Origin: Ruminococcus sp.
GTDB lineage: Bacteria; Bacillota; Clostridia; Oscillospirales; Acutalibacteraceae
Direction of reading: 5' to 3'
Assembly: GCA_017456845.1 (NCBI GenBank)
Contig: JAFTIP010000032.1
Span: forward strand, 827 to 64,826
Length of the DNA: 64,000 nt
The notes under the pieces were generated by a model that did no database searches, had not been told where the DNA came from, and was given only the letters and a program-made list of their open reading frames with translations. This document shows positions 45,357 through 55,146 of the stretch, piece after piece. Both the position numbers and the translations under genes were made by a program. How positions within the stretch are numbered: the stretch's first letter is position 1; the number at the start of each line of letters is the position of its first letter.

Positions 45357-46505
45357 TTAAGAATTTTTACTTTTTCTGATTTCCTTTGCAATGTCTGAAG
45401 CTATAATGGAGCCTGCCTTGTAAAATAAATCTGCTACAAATGAAATAACAAATGCTACAGTTATTGCCAGTAAAACGCAGGGAACATACCAGAGGAGCCT
45501 GTCCTCCATAACAGGAACCTTTACGTTAAGCACTTTGCTGTACATATACTGGTCAAGCATCCAGCTTGCAAGATACGCACCAAAGGTAAGGTCAGAAAGC
45601 TTCGCGAGAGCCTTGCCCGTGAATTTGGGAACAGACTTGAAGTTTATGGAGTTAACAAAGATGAAAAGTGCAACACCCATAAAGTAAAGTCCCCAGCTGT
45701 TGTATCCCAGCCAGCCGTGAACGCTTGCCTTGCCTCCCCAGCAGCGAAGCACGGTGTAGGTTCCGAATATGCCCCATGTTCCGAGGAAAATAAGAAAAGC
45801 ATATATAGGCTTTAATTTAAAATCGTCTTTGTTCTTTGCGAGGTATGCACCTGTAAAATAGTAAGCCAACGGGTAAACTCCTGCCCACCAGTTAGGGAAA
45901 AGCGACCAGTACTCATCTGAGGTGCATGCCATTATGTTTTCTGCATCGAATTGATAGTAATTGAATAAAGAAGGGGCAATCATCAGGATGAACATAGTAA
46001 TAATGAGGATTCGTTCCTGCTTTTTATTCTTCAAATTTTGCCAGATAAGGTTAAGGAATGGGATAAGCATAAAAAGACCTATGTACATCTCAACGTACCA
46101 TGAATAGTGGGTAAACGAGGTGTAATTCTGAATGTATTCCTTAACTCCGTATTCCCAACCCAGAACGTTGACTATGTAAATCAAATCGAAGGTCATAATA
46201 ATAAGGAAGGGAACAATTATTTTAAGTATTTTCAGATAATATTTTTTATTTGGCTCCATTTTTTTATTGCCCTGAAGATAACCTGTTAAAAGCAAGAATA
46301 AGGGAATGCAGAGCAAAAACAGATTTCTCATAAAGGTCATAATAACCATTCTGGGGTTATCTACTGTTTGGCTGTAAAAGCCGTTGTGCAGAAAAAAGTG
46401 AACACTTGGAACAAAAGCAAAGGCAATTATTCTTATAATGTCCATATTTACGTTTCGCTTAACCTGAGGCACCGGTGTTGCCTGAGGTTTTGATTTTTTA
46501 CCCAT
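45357..46505 (-). CDS. Acyltransferase-3 family integral membrane protein
   Basis: 382 aa with about 10 TM segments. The N-terminal NMDIIRIIAFAFVPSVHFF resembles the family's conserved R/H region. Confidence 0.7.
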   Translation of the reverse strand: MGKKSKPQATPVPQVKRNVNMDIIRIIAFAFVPSVHFFLHNGFYSQTVDNPRMVIMTFMRNLFLLCIPLFLLLTGYLQGNKKMEPNKKYYLKILKIIVPFLIIMTFDLIYIVNVLGWEYGVKEYIQNYTSFTHYSWYVEMYIGLFMLIPFLNLIWQNLKNKKQERILIITMFILMIAPSLFNYYQFDAENIMACTSDEYWSLFPNWWAGVYPLAYYFTGAYLAKNKDDFKLKPIYAFLIFLGTWGIFGTYTVLRCWGGKASVHGWLGYNSWGLYFMGVALFIFVNSINFKSVPKFTGKALAKLSDLTFGAYLASWMLDQYMYSKVLNVKVPVMEDRLLWYVPCVLLAITVAFVISFVADLFYKAGSIIASDIAKEIRKSKNS

Positions 46506-46521
46506 TTATAAATCCTTCCTT

Positions 46522-47544
46522 TTAAAACAGTACTCTTATGGTGGTGCCAACGTCAACTGTGCTCTCAACCGAAATAGAAGCATTGTGAAACATTGCACCG
46601 TGTTTTACTATTGAAAGCCCTAAGCCTGTACCGCCGATATCTTTGGAGTGGCTTTTGTCAACTCTGTAAAACCGTTCGAAAATATGCTCAATATCCTCAG
46701 GGGGAATACCAATACCGGTGTCAGAAACGCTGAGCTCTATGCCGTCAAGGCATTGTTTAACGCTTACGTTAACCTTACCGTCAGGTTTGTTGTATTTAAT
46801 GGCGTTTTTAACAAGGTTGTGTATAATTTCTTCCACAATCAGTTCTGCACCGCTTATCTCAACGTTGTCGCCTGAAAGATTTATGGAGACCCCTTGCTTA
46901 TTTGCCAATGGCTCAAGCCCCGAGATAACGGTACGGCAAAGGTTTAGAAGCTCAATACGCTCGATTTTTACGCTTATATCCTTTTCGTCAAACTGACTTA
47001 GCTTTATGATATCGCCTACAAGATTTATCATCCGCTGGCTTTCGTCGTAAATCTTTCCTGCAAAACGATTGATGTTCTCACCCTCAACAAGCCCGTCGCG
47101 GATAAGCTCTGCATAGCCTGAAACCGAGGTAAGGGGAGTTTTTAGTTCGTGAGAAACGTTTGCCGTAAACTGCTGACGCATACTGTCCTGAGATTCGTGT
47201 CTGGCGGTAATTGCCTGAAAACGCTTTTCCATTTCTTTGTTTTGGTTTTCGATTCGCTGGCACAAAGGGTCAAATTCCTTAGGGAGCCGTGCTTTGTCAG
47301 GTGCGTCGAAATCTATATAGTTTAATGGAGTGCTTATTTTTTTGCTTAAGCTTACGGAAGCCAAAACGGCAATACCTGCAAAAACCAAGGCGAATATAAA
47401 AAACGCAAGAACTGCCCAAAGTGCAGCTATGCTCCAAGGGGTTTCCTTAAAATCGGTGTATATTACCGTAAAGCCGATGGCTATGCCGGCAAAAAGAGCC
47501 GAAAGACATAAGGAGAAAATAGTTGCAAAAAGCTGTTTCTTCAT
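46522..47544 (-). CDS. Sensor histidine kinase (PhoR-like, short sensor)
   Basis: 340 aa with two TM segments, the H-box SHELKTPLTS, the N box NLVKNAIKYN and the G boxes DTGIGI and GTGLGLSIV. Confidence 0.88.
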   Translation of the reverse strand: MKKQLFATIFSLCLSALFAGIAIGFTVIYTDFKETPWSIAALWAVLAFFIFALVFAGIAVLASVSLSKKISTPLNYIDFDAPDKARLPKEFDPLCQRIENQNKEMEKRFQAITARHESQDSMRQQFTANVSHELKTPLTSVSGYAELIRDGLVEGENINRFAGKIYDESQRMINLVGDIIKLSQFDEKDISVKIERIELLNLCRTVISGLEPLANKQGVSINLSGDNVEISGAELIVEEIIHNLVKNAIKYNKPDGKVNVSVKQCLDGIELSVSDTGIGIPPEDIEHIFERFYRVDKSHSKDIGGTGLGLSIVKHGAMFHNASISVESTVDVGTTIRVLF

Positions 47545-47546
47545 TT

Positions 47547-48215
47547 TTAATCTCCTATCTTATAGCCTATACCGCGGACGGTGCTTATTGAGTCGCCGCC
47601 TTCGCCCAATTTCTGGCGTAAGGTTCTTACGTGAACGTCAACGGTTCTGCTTTCGCCGTCAAAGGAGTAGCCCCATACTTTGTTAAGTATCTGGTCGCGG
47701 CTGAGTACAATGCCTTTGTTCTCTAATAGATAGCAAAGCATATCGAATTCTTTAAGAGTAAGTACAACAGGTTCTCCGTTTACCTTTACGATGTGCTTTT
47801 TAGGGCATACGTAAAGTGCACCTATGGTGTAGTCGGAAGGAGTTGTTTCACGTTCTACACGCCTTAAAACCGCCTTGACTCTTGCTACAAGCTCCATCAT
47901 TCCAAAAGGCTTGGGAACATAATCGTCGGCACCTAAGTCAAAGCCGCGTACTTTGTCGTACTCGTCAGCCTTTGCTGTAAGAATAATTACAGGCACGGAG
48001 GCGGTGTCGGCGTTGCTTCTGAGCTTTTGCAAAATGCTTAAGCCGTCTTCCTCGGGAAGCATAATGTCAAGAAGAATAAGGGTGGGGATTTCCTCCTTTA
48101 TTGCTTGCCAGAACAAAGAGGGTCTGCCAAAACCCGTAGCCTCAAACCCTGTGGAATTAAGGGTGTAAACTACCAGTTCTCTTATATTGCTGTCGTCTTC
48201 TACAAAGTAAATCAT
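47547..48215 (-). CDS. OmpR/PhoB-family response regulator
   Basis: 222 aa. It has a receiver domain (MIYFVEDD...LILLDIMLPEEDG) and a winged helix (RTVDVHVRTLRQKL...GIGYKI). Confidence 0.92.
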   Translation of the reverse strand: MIYFVEDDSNIRELVVYTLNSTGFEATGFGRPSLFWQAIKEEIPTLILLDIMLPEEDGLSILQKLRSNADTASVPVIILTAKADEYDKVRGFDLGADDYVPKPFGMMELVARVKAVLRRVERETTPSDYTIGALYVCPKKHIVKVNGEPVVLTLKEFDMLCYLLENKGIVLSRDQILNKVWGYSFDGESRTVDVHVRTLRQKLGEGGDSISTVRGIGYKIGD

Positions 48216-48395
48216 ATTAATCCTCCCTGTAAAAGGAATATATGTTTATAATATCATATATAAAAGAAAAAATAAAGAAAAATATATTAGTCGTAAAATT
48301 TCAGAAATAAAGGCGTTAAATTTGGTGAATTTCGCCTTTGAAAGCTTTTGAAAAAATTATTATAATTAGTATATAAAGAATTTGGAGTGAGACTT

Positions 48396-48920
48396 TTGCA
48401 GACCTTAGAAAAATATTCCCATAAAGTGGGAGAAACCGTGGTTTACCGTAAGCAGGGAACATATGAAATCACAGATATTAAAGAGCAGACTATCGGACGA
48501 GTAAAGAAAGATTATTACGTATTAAGTTCGGTTTACGATAAAAACGCTACTGTTTACGTGCCTGTTGATAATGATACACTTACTTCTCAGATTGAGCGTA
48601 TGCTTACTAAAGAAGAAATCAACGCCATAATTGATGAAAGTGAAAAGAACAACTTAATCTGGATTGAGAACAATACTGAGCGGGCAATGTTTTTTGAAGA
48701 AATTCTTAAAAGCGGTGAGCTTTCCAAAGTCCTTTCTATACTGAAGCTGTTTCTTTTGAGAAGAGAAAATGCTGACAAAAAATCCTATCGTACCTTTGCA
48801 AGAGACGAAAAAGCTTTTGCCGCTGCTCAGAAAACCGTAACCGAGGCCTTTGCATATCCCTTAGGGATTGGTAAAACAGAGGTTATACCATACATAATAG
48901 AAAGAATAAAGAATAACTAA
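48396..48920 (+). CDS. CarD/CdnL-like (TRCF RNAP-interaction domain) protein; start uncertain (GTG 48387 or TTG 48396)
   Basis: VGETVVYRKQGTYEITDIKEQTIGRVKKDYYVL resembles the CarD_CdnL_TRCF N-domain, and the C-terminus is helical. Confidence 0.6.
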   Translation: MQTLEKYSHKVGETVVYRKQGTYEITDIKEQTIGRVKKDYYVLSSVYDKNATVYVPVDNDTLTSQIERMLTKEEINAIIDESEKNNLIWIENNTERAMFFEEILKSGELSKVLSILKLFLLRRENADKKSYRTFARDEKAFAAAQKTVTEAFAYPLGIGKTEVIPYIIERIKNN

Positions 48921-49079
48921 TAAAAGCATATCCAAAAATCGTCTTTGCTAAGGTAAAGGCGATTTTTTGTGCTATTTTGCACAAAAGTATTTCTGATACT
49001 TGCTAATTTTTAATGAATGTGATAATATAAATTCGGCATATATTTATGGCAATTTTTATTAAAGAAAGGATTTGAAGCC

Positions 49080-52000
49080 ATGAAAACGAAGAAATTTTCT
49101 CTCCGTATTTTAAGCCTTTTGCTGAGCTTGTTATTGCTTGTTGCGGCTATACCTATGGCAGGTATTATCTCCGTATCGGCTAACAGCTTAAGCAACGGTC
49201 TTTTCCTCAGGGGTAATATGAACGGTTGGAACTGCTATGAACAGTACAGATTTGTAGACAGCGGCAACGGTATTTATACCCTTGTGTTGGATATGACAGG
49301 AGGTAATTACGAATTTAAAATTGCTACTCCCAACTGGAGTACGTCTATCGGTCATCCCTCAAATGATGACAACAACGCTATTCTTGAAATCGAGTCGGAC
49401 TCTATTATCAAGTTTACTGCTGACACAAAAACAAAAAACTACACAGCAGAATCTATGAACACAAAGTCTGATTTTACATTAAGTGCCACAAAAGCCACTA
49501 CAATTGAGGCTGAAAAGTTCACATTTGCCCTTGGTGCAGTAAGTGTGCTTTCTGACTCCAAGACTTCAGGCGGCAAATATGTTGGCGATTTCAATGCAGG
49601 CGACAGCCTTAACTTTGGTGTAACGGTTTCCGGCAAAGAGGCACAGGCATACAGATTTGAAATTAACGTTGCTTCTGAAAGTGACGACGGTATTTTCGAT
49701 TTTGTAACAGGCGACCAAACTGACGTAGGCTTCTTTGAGGCTACAGGCGGTTGGGGTGTTTACAAGACTGTGGTATTCACCAAAACCCTTAAGCCCGGCT
49801 ACAACAGAATTACAATTGACAATATTGACGGCACCTTCAACGTTGATAAAATAGTTGTTAATCCTGCAAATGATGCGGCTGATGCTATCTCAAAAGGCGA
49901 AACAACGCTTAATTTCAAGAATTTTGACTCTGCTTCCGATACAGCTCTTGTTAAGGACGGCAAAATCAAGGGACTTAACATTGATGAGTTTGTTTCTTTA
50001 ATAGTTAAGCCTGAGCAAAATGGTGTTTACCTTGTTTCTGTTGATGATGCCGCAACTAAAAAAGGCAACACTATGCTTTACAATGCTAAGGGAGAAACCT
50101 ATGAAATTACAGGGGAACAGCCTTTTGCGAACTTTGTAATCGACGGTGAAACCGAAATTTATGTAAGCACAACAAAAGGTTCAATTGACGTAAGCGAGAT
50201 AAAGTTCAAATATATCGAAAATATTGAGCTTATGGGCTATGAATTTGTAACAGACGCTTACAGGGGCGTTCGTTTTGTAAACGCCTTTGACGTAAATAAG
50301 ATTATCATAAACGCTTCTATTGAAACATCTAAAGGTAAGCTTGTTTTCTCTGACGGCACTTACATAGATGTAGAGGCACTTGACGAAGGTGCAGAGGAGT
50401 TTATCACCTTAGATGTGCCTAAGAATATCACTTGGCTTAAGTATGAGGCTGAGGGTGCTGAATTTGCTACACTTCAGGTTCAGGGTGTTAAGGACGATGC
50501 TTCCGAAACTGACATCGCACTTCAGGGTTACGTAAGTTCCCCCGATGGTTGGGTAGAAACACCCATTTCTGCTTATACAGATTTAACTGCAAGCGAGGGT
50601 AAGGTAGGCTTTGGTTTTGATAAGGAAGCTACCGTTAACAAGGTTGTGTTTGTCGGACTTTCAGGTGCTGAAGCTGTTCCTAATCCTACAGCCCCTGAAA
50701 CAGAGCCCACAACAGTTACCACAGAGCCTACAGTAACCGCTACTGCTCCCACAACTACACAACCTACACAGGTTACTGTCCCCACAACAACTACAGACCC
50801 CTCTACTGTTCCTACAAGTACAGGCACAGGCGAACTTAAGACTTACCTCATGGGCGATGCTGACTCTAACGGTAAGGTTAATGTTAAGGATGCTACCATT
50901 ATTCAGAAGCACGCCGCAAAGCTGCTTACTCTTATCGGTGATGCAACCTTCTGTGCAGATGTAAATTTTGATGGCAAGATAAATGTTAAGGATGCTACTG
51001 CAATCCAGAAGTACCTTGCAAAGATTGAGGTTGAATACCCCATCGGCGATGTAATATCAGGAGCTATAGCTGATGAGAATATGCCTGTGGTAGCTGCTGC
51101 TGATATTCCCGTAGCAGTTGCTGCTGATGCTACTGTTAAAGCTACTCTTACAACCGCTGATAATAAGAAGGTTGAGCTTGAGGGCAAGGTAGTAGGCGGC
51201 GACGTAGTGTTTGAGCTTTCAGATGTTTACTCTTTCGGCTTCTTCTTCGATTTCGGCGAAGAAATCACATTGAATGCAATTCAGGTTTACGGCGATACAG
51301 AGTATAAGGGCGGCAGTGTTAACGTTAGCAACGCTCAGGATTATACTTTATTTGCAAACGGCCTTACAGAGAACGACTCCCGTGTAGTTGCAAACACAGG
51401 TTCTCATATTCTTACTTCCGAGACAGGCTCTGACAGAGAGTGGAGCTACGACCCCAATATTGTTGGAGAGGCTCCTGTTTTCTATGCTCCCAACACACCT
51501 CTTGCAGAGGCAGCATATAACCTGACAATGGAAGAAATTTTCAAGAGTATTAACTACGACGAAACATTTGGCGATGTGTTCTATACAGGTACAAACTGGC
51601 ACAAGGTTTGGACCCGTGACACAGCTATCTCAATGCAGTATATCCTTTCATGGTTGTTCCCCGAAATTTCTACAAACTGTGCTGAGGCAAAGGTTGTAGG
51701 CAAGGACGGCAACCTTACCTTTGAAGAAGATACAGGTACAGGCGGTTCTTACCCTGTATCTACTGACAGAATTATTATGATGTTGGCTGTTTGGGAAACC
51801 TACCTTGCAGACGGCAACGAAGAAACTCTTGAGTATTTCTACAACGTAGCTTCCAACACAATTATGCAGGACTACGAAGTAGTTTACGACGCCGAGGCAG
51901 GCCTCTTCAGAGGCGAAACCTGCGGTCTTGACCATCGTGACAAGACTTATGGCGACTGGACAGGCGAAGACGATGAAAACGGTATTGTAAATATTGCAGA

Positions 52001-53810
52001 AAGCAAAGCCGCTTCTACAAACATTATCTTCTGTCAGGCTATGAAGATTCTCTCTGAGGCTGCTGAAATTCTCGGTAAGGATGAGGCAGAAGCAAAGGCT
52101 TGGGCTGATTTGGCCGCTGACCTTGAAAAGGCTATTTCAGATAGACTCTGGCTTGATGATTTAGGTACATACACATCTTGGGAGTATCCCGACTGGATGG
52201 GTTCCCCCCTTGCATATAAACAGGACGTTTTAGCTAACGGCTACGCAGTATGGTATAACATCGGCGGTCAGGAAAAAGCTGACTCCATTATGGAAAACCA
52301 CACTTTGGTTCCCTTTGGTGCAAACACAGTTTATCCCCAGAAGAACGCAGAGCGTTGGACAGATTATAAGTACCACGACTCAGGCGTATGGCCCGGCTGG
52401 GAAGCAATCCTTATGATTGGTGCCGTTAATAACGATAACGAAAACAACCTCCTTGCTGAGGAAATCTGGAACTCCTGTGTTCGCGGTGCAGTTGCTTGCC
52501 TTACAAACTATGAGGTTATCGACTACGAAACAGGCGAAGGCTTACATTCTACTCAGCAGTTATGGTCTGTTGCAGCTACTATGGCAGGTTACTTCCGAGT
52601 TCTTTACGGTATGGAATATACTACAGAGGGTATTACCTTTGACCCCTATGTTCCTCAGTGGATGGAAGGCCCCTTCTATGTAGAAAACTATAAGTACAGA
52701 AACGCTACGCTTAATCTTACACTTAACGGTAAGGGCGACACAGTCGAGTCTATCTACGTTAACGGCGAAAAGGTTGATAATGGCTATGTTCTTCCCACAG
52801 ATGCCAAGGGCGATTATACAATCGAAATCACAGTAAAAGACAGCGGTGCAGAAGATATAGTAAATCTCAAGGCTGAAAATACTGCAAAGGCCCCCACAGC
52901 TCCTAAGGCTACACTCTCAGGTACAACACTTAAGTGGAACGCCGTTAAGAACTGTACATACAAAGTATGGACAGGCACAGAGTATAAGGACGTAACCGGT
53001 ACAAGCTACACAATTGATGGTGAGGCTTACGGTGTATATTCTGTTGTTGCTGTTGATAAGACTACAGGTCTCTGGTCAGAGCTTTCCAAGCCTATTACCT
53101 ACAGCCCTGCAGGCTCCAATGTAACAGTAAACGTAGGCAATGCACAGAACACATCTACCTTTACAGTAAATATTCCTGTTGACGGCGAATATCAGCTTTC
53201 AGCAATTCACACAAATCAGGGCGACCCCACTGCCGGTATTACTTCCGCTATCCGTTCGGTATATGTTGATGGTAAGGATGTTGGCACACTGGTATTCCCT
53301 GCTATGAGCTTTGGCCATCAGATAAGCTCTCACTTAAGACTTGCTTTAACTGCAGGAGAACACGAGGTTACTGTTAAGTACGGCACAGAAAACTGGTATG
53401 ACAGAAATATGTCAAACGCACACGGCGAGAAGAATAACAACGTTACATATCATATGTTCCAGTTTACTTTAGTTGACGGCGACTTTACACAGATAGAGCC
53501 TCCTGCAAAGAAGACTGTTTACTTTACAAACAACAAGAACTGGAGCAAGGTTAACATTTTCTTCTGGGGCGGTAGTGACTCCACAGGCTGGCCCGGTGTT
53601 GCTATGGAGTTTGTAGAAAAGAACAAGAACGGCGAAGATGTTTACAAGTTCCAGCTTGACCCCTCAACTCCCAACATAATTTTCAACAACGGCACACAGC
53701 AGACTGTTGATATTACCGAAAACGTTGAGGACGGCAAGGGTTTCTACCTCCTTGACGAAAAGGACGCAGAGGGCAAATTCAAGGTTGGCGTTTACAATTA
53801 CGGCGACTGA
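49080..53810 (+). CDS. Secreted multimodular glycoside hydrolase: N-terminal CBM-like modules, T/P linker, internal dockerin, (alpha/alpha)6-type catalytic core, FN3-like and CBM6/35-like modules, C-terminal CBM25/26-like starch-binding module
   Basis: 1576 aa with a signal peptide.
- N-terminal CBM-like module: GNMNGW...YEFKIATPNW, ~49190-49450.
- CBM6/35-like module: IEAEKF...SGGKYVGDF, ~49498-49870.
- T/P linker at ~50680-50830.
- Dockerin: GDADSNGKVNVKDATIIQKHAAKL...DVNFDGKINVKDATAIQKYLAKI, ~50845-51045.
- Catalytic core: WTRDTAISMQY...QQLWSVAATMAG, ~51540-52640.
- CBM25/26-like module: KKTVYFTNNKNWSKVNIFFWGG...GWPGVAM...IIFNNGTQQTVDI, ~53509-53807. Confidence 0.75.
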   Translation: MKTKKFSLRILSLLLSLLLLVAAIPMAGIISVSANSLSNGLFLRGNMNGWNCYEQYRFVDSGNGIYTLVLDMTGGNYEFKIATPNWSTSIGHPSNDDNNAILEIESDSIIKFTADTKTKNYTAESMNTKSDFTLSATKATTIEAEKFTFALGAVSVLSDSKTSGGKYVGDFNAGDSLNFGVTVSGKEAQAYRFEINVASESDDGIFDFVTGDQTDVGFFEATGGWGVYKTVVFTKTLKPGYNRITIDNIDGTFNVDKIVVNPANDAADAISKGETTLNFKNFDSASDTALVKDGKIKGLNIDEFVSLIVKPEQNGVYLVSVDDAATKKGNTMLYNAKGETYEITGEQPFANFVIDGETEIYVSTTKGSIDVSEIKFKYIENIELMGYEFVTDAYRGVRFVNAFDVNKIIINASIETSKGKLVFSDGTYIDVEALDEGAEEFITLDVPKNITWLKYEAEGAEFATLQVQGVKDDASETDIALQGYVSSPDGWVETPISAYTDLTASEGKVGFGFDKEATVNKVVFVGLSGAEAVPNPTAPETEPTTVTTEPTVTATAPTTTQPTQVTVPTTTTDPSTVPTSTGTGELKTYLMGDADSNGKVNVKDATIIQKHAAKLLTLIGDATFCADVNFDGKINVKDATAIQKYLAKIEVEYPIGDVISGAIADENMPVVAAADIPVAVAADATVKATLTTADNKKVELEGKVVGGDVVFELSDVYSFGFFFDFGEEITLNAIQVYGDTEYKGGSVNVSNAQDYTLFANGLTENDSRVVANTGSHILTSETGSDREWSYDPNIVGEAPVFYAPNTPLAEAAYNLTMEEIFKSINYDETFGDVFYTGTNWHKVWTRDTAISMQYILSWLFPEISTNCAEAKVVGKDGNLTFEEDTGTGGSYPVSTDRIIMMLAVWETYLADGNEETLEYFYNVASNTIMQDYEVVYDAEAGLFRGETCGLDHRDKTYGDWTGEDDENGIVNIAESKAASTNIIFCQAMKILSEAAEILGKDEAEAKAWADLAADLEKAISDRLWLDDLGTYTSWEYPDWMGSPLAYKQDVLANGYAVWYNIGGQEKADSIMENHTLVPFGANTVYPQKNAERWTDYKYHDSGVWPGWEAILMIGAVNNDNENNLLAEEIWNSCVRGAVACLTNYEVIDYETGEGLHSTQQLWSVAATMAGYFRVLYGMEYTTEGITFDPYVPQWMEGPFYVENYKYRNATLNLTLNGKGDTVESIYVNGEKVDNGYVLPTDAKGDYTIEITVKDSGAEDIVNLKAENTAKAPTAPKATLSGTTLKWNAVKNCTYKVWTGTEYKDVTGTSYTIDGEAYGVYSVVAVDKTTGLWSELSKPITYSPAGSNVTVNVGNAQNTSTFTVNIPVDGEYQLSAIHTNQGDPTAGITSAIRSVYVDGKDVGTLVFPAMSFGHQISSHLRLALTAGEHEVTVKYGTENWYDRNMSNAHGEKNNNVTYHMFQFTLVDGDFTQIEPPAKKTVYFTNNKNWSKVNIFFWGGSDSTGWPGVAMEFVEKNKNGEDVYKFQLDPSTPNIIFNNGTQQTVDITENVEDGKGFYLLDEKDAEGKFKVGVYNYGD

Positions 53811-53843
53811 TTGAAAAATGCTCAGTAAAAACTAAATAAAATT

Positions 53844-53878
53844 GCCGCCTGTGGTAAAAAATCACAGGCGGCTTTTTT
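53844..53878 (+). terminator. Rho-independent terminator of the large glycoside hydrolase gene
   Basis: GCCGCCTGTG-gtaaaaaat-CACAGGCGGC followed by TTTTTT. Confidence 0.75.
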
Positions 53879-53950
53879 GCTTGTTATTGACAAACTACGC
53901 TTTATATTGTAAAATTTTAATCCTTAAAAAGATATACAGGAGTGGCTTAA

Positions 53951-54967
53951 ATGCGTAACATAAAGCGTTTGGTTTGTCTCGTTTTAGCTATAGTTTGTCT
54001 GATTTTTTCAGCTTTAAACGTAAGTGCTCTGGGCAAGACCCATTATATAGAAGAACTTGGGATGTCTATAGATATTCCCGATTATATGGCGGTGGCCACC
54101 CGTAAGAATAAGCCCACTATGACCGAGGGTATCTACCTTGAGGCTTCAAGCTCTGCCCCTGACCTTGATATAAGAGTTCTTATGTCAAAGGACGAAAAAA
54201 CCGAGGAGTTTTTTAATCTTTCTCTTTTATCTTCTTCAGCTCTTGATGAATACAAGAATGCAATTTTAGCAAATCCTGAGTATTCTGATTGCACCGAGGG
54301 CGAATATGGCGGTGTGCTTTTCCTTGATTTTACAACCTACGATTCAGTGGGCAATACAACTGTTTACGGCAGGCAAAGCGTTACCATTGTAAATGGTATG
54401 AGCATTGTTGTTATGTCCACCTCTGAGGGTGACGCCTTAAGTTCAGAAGAAATTTCTCTTATCAGAGAAGTTGTATCCAGCATTAAGTTCGACGAAATAT
54501 TAAGTAATGCTCCCAAAATTGGCTTTTGGAAGGTGTTTATACCTATTCTTATAGTTCTTGCGGTGCTTGTTATCGGCTTCTTTATTTTCTCATACATTAT
54601 GAGCAAAAAAAGTAAGGAAGAGAAACGCAGACGTCAGAAAGAGCTTGAACGCAAGCGTAATTATGACGTGCTTTCCCGTGCTGAAAACAAAGCCCGCAAC
54701 CCTGAGAATTTAGGTGGATATAAAACCAGCGATGCTTTCTTTGAGGATGCTTTTGCTGAAGGCAGCAAACCTTCAACATCAAATTCAACCACAAAAACTA
54801 TGGTAAAGGGTAGCAAGCAGGCGGTAAAAAGCACAGGCTACTTCTTCAAAAATCTTAAGCGTGAGCTTGCAAAGAGTAAGAAAAACAAGAAAAATAAGAG
54901 AAACCATAGAAAACCTGTAAAACCTCAGGACAGAAAGCCCCGAGATTACGATGTTTTTAACGATTAA
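53951..54967 (+). CDS. Single-pass membrane protein with extracellular domain and K/R-rich cytoplasmic tail (unknown function)
   Basis: 338 aa. It has a signal or anchor sequence, a TM segment (FWKVFIPILIVLAVLVIGFFIFSYIM) and then KKSKEEKRRRQKELERKR...KKNKKNKRNHRKP. Confidence 0.6.
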   Translation: MRNIKRLVCLVLAIVCLIFSALNVSALGKTHYIEELGMSIDIPDYMAVATRKNKPTMTEGIYLEASSSAPDLDIRVLMSKDEKTEEFFNLSLLSSSALDEYKNAILANPEYSDCTEGEYGGVLFLDFTTYDSVGNTTVYGRQSVTIVNGMSIVVMSTSEGDALSSEEISLIREVVSSIKFDEILSNAPKIGFWKVFIPILIVLAVLVIGFFIFSYIMSKKSKEEKRRRQKELERKRNYDVLSRAENKARNPENLGGYKTSDAFFEDAFAEGSKPSTSNSTTKTMVKGSKQAVKSTGYFFKNLKRELAKSKKNKKNKRNHRKPVKPQDRKPRDYDVFND

Positions 54968-54983
54968 TTTAGAAATTCATAAA

Positions 54984-55020
54984 AAGCTGTCCCAATTTTT
55001 GCGGACAGCTTTGCTTTTTT
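54984..55020 (+). terminator. Rho-independent terminator
   Basis: AAGCTGTCC-caatttttgc-GGACAGCTT followed by TGCTTTTTT. Confidence 0.65.
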
Positions 55021-55021
55021 C

Positions 55022-55050
55022 TTGACTTATGAGTTTTAAAGTAATATAAT
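55022..55050 (+). promoter_or_regulatory. Sigma-A-type promoter of serC-serA
   Basis: TTGACT - 17 nt - TATAAT, a near-consensus promoter. Confidence 0.6.
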
Positions 55051-55146
55051 TGTTCATATTGGGTTAATATTTTAACATGTAGCCTAATAAAAATGTTTTA
55101 TAAATATTTTTACATATTTAATCTTGCACGAAAGGGAGTTTTAGAA

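Noticed and set aside
50680-50830. T/P-rich nucleotide repeats at 50680-50830 and 57990-58300 as independent repeat elements or overlapping ORFs (for example 50573..50827, 57949..58272)
   Set aside because: They are inter-domain linkers of the two large secreted proteins. The opposite-strand ORFs are low-complexity G/V/S translations of the same DNA.
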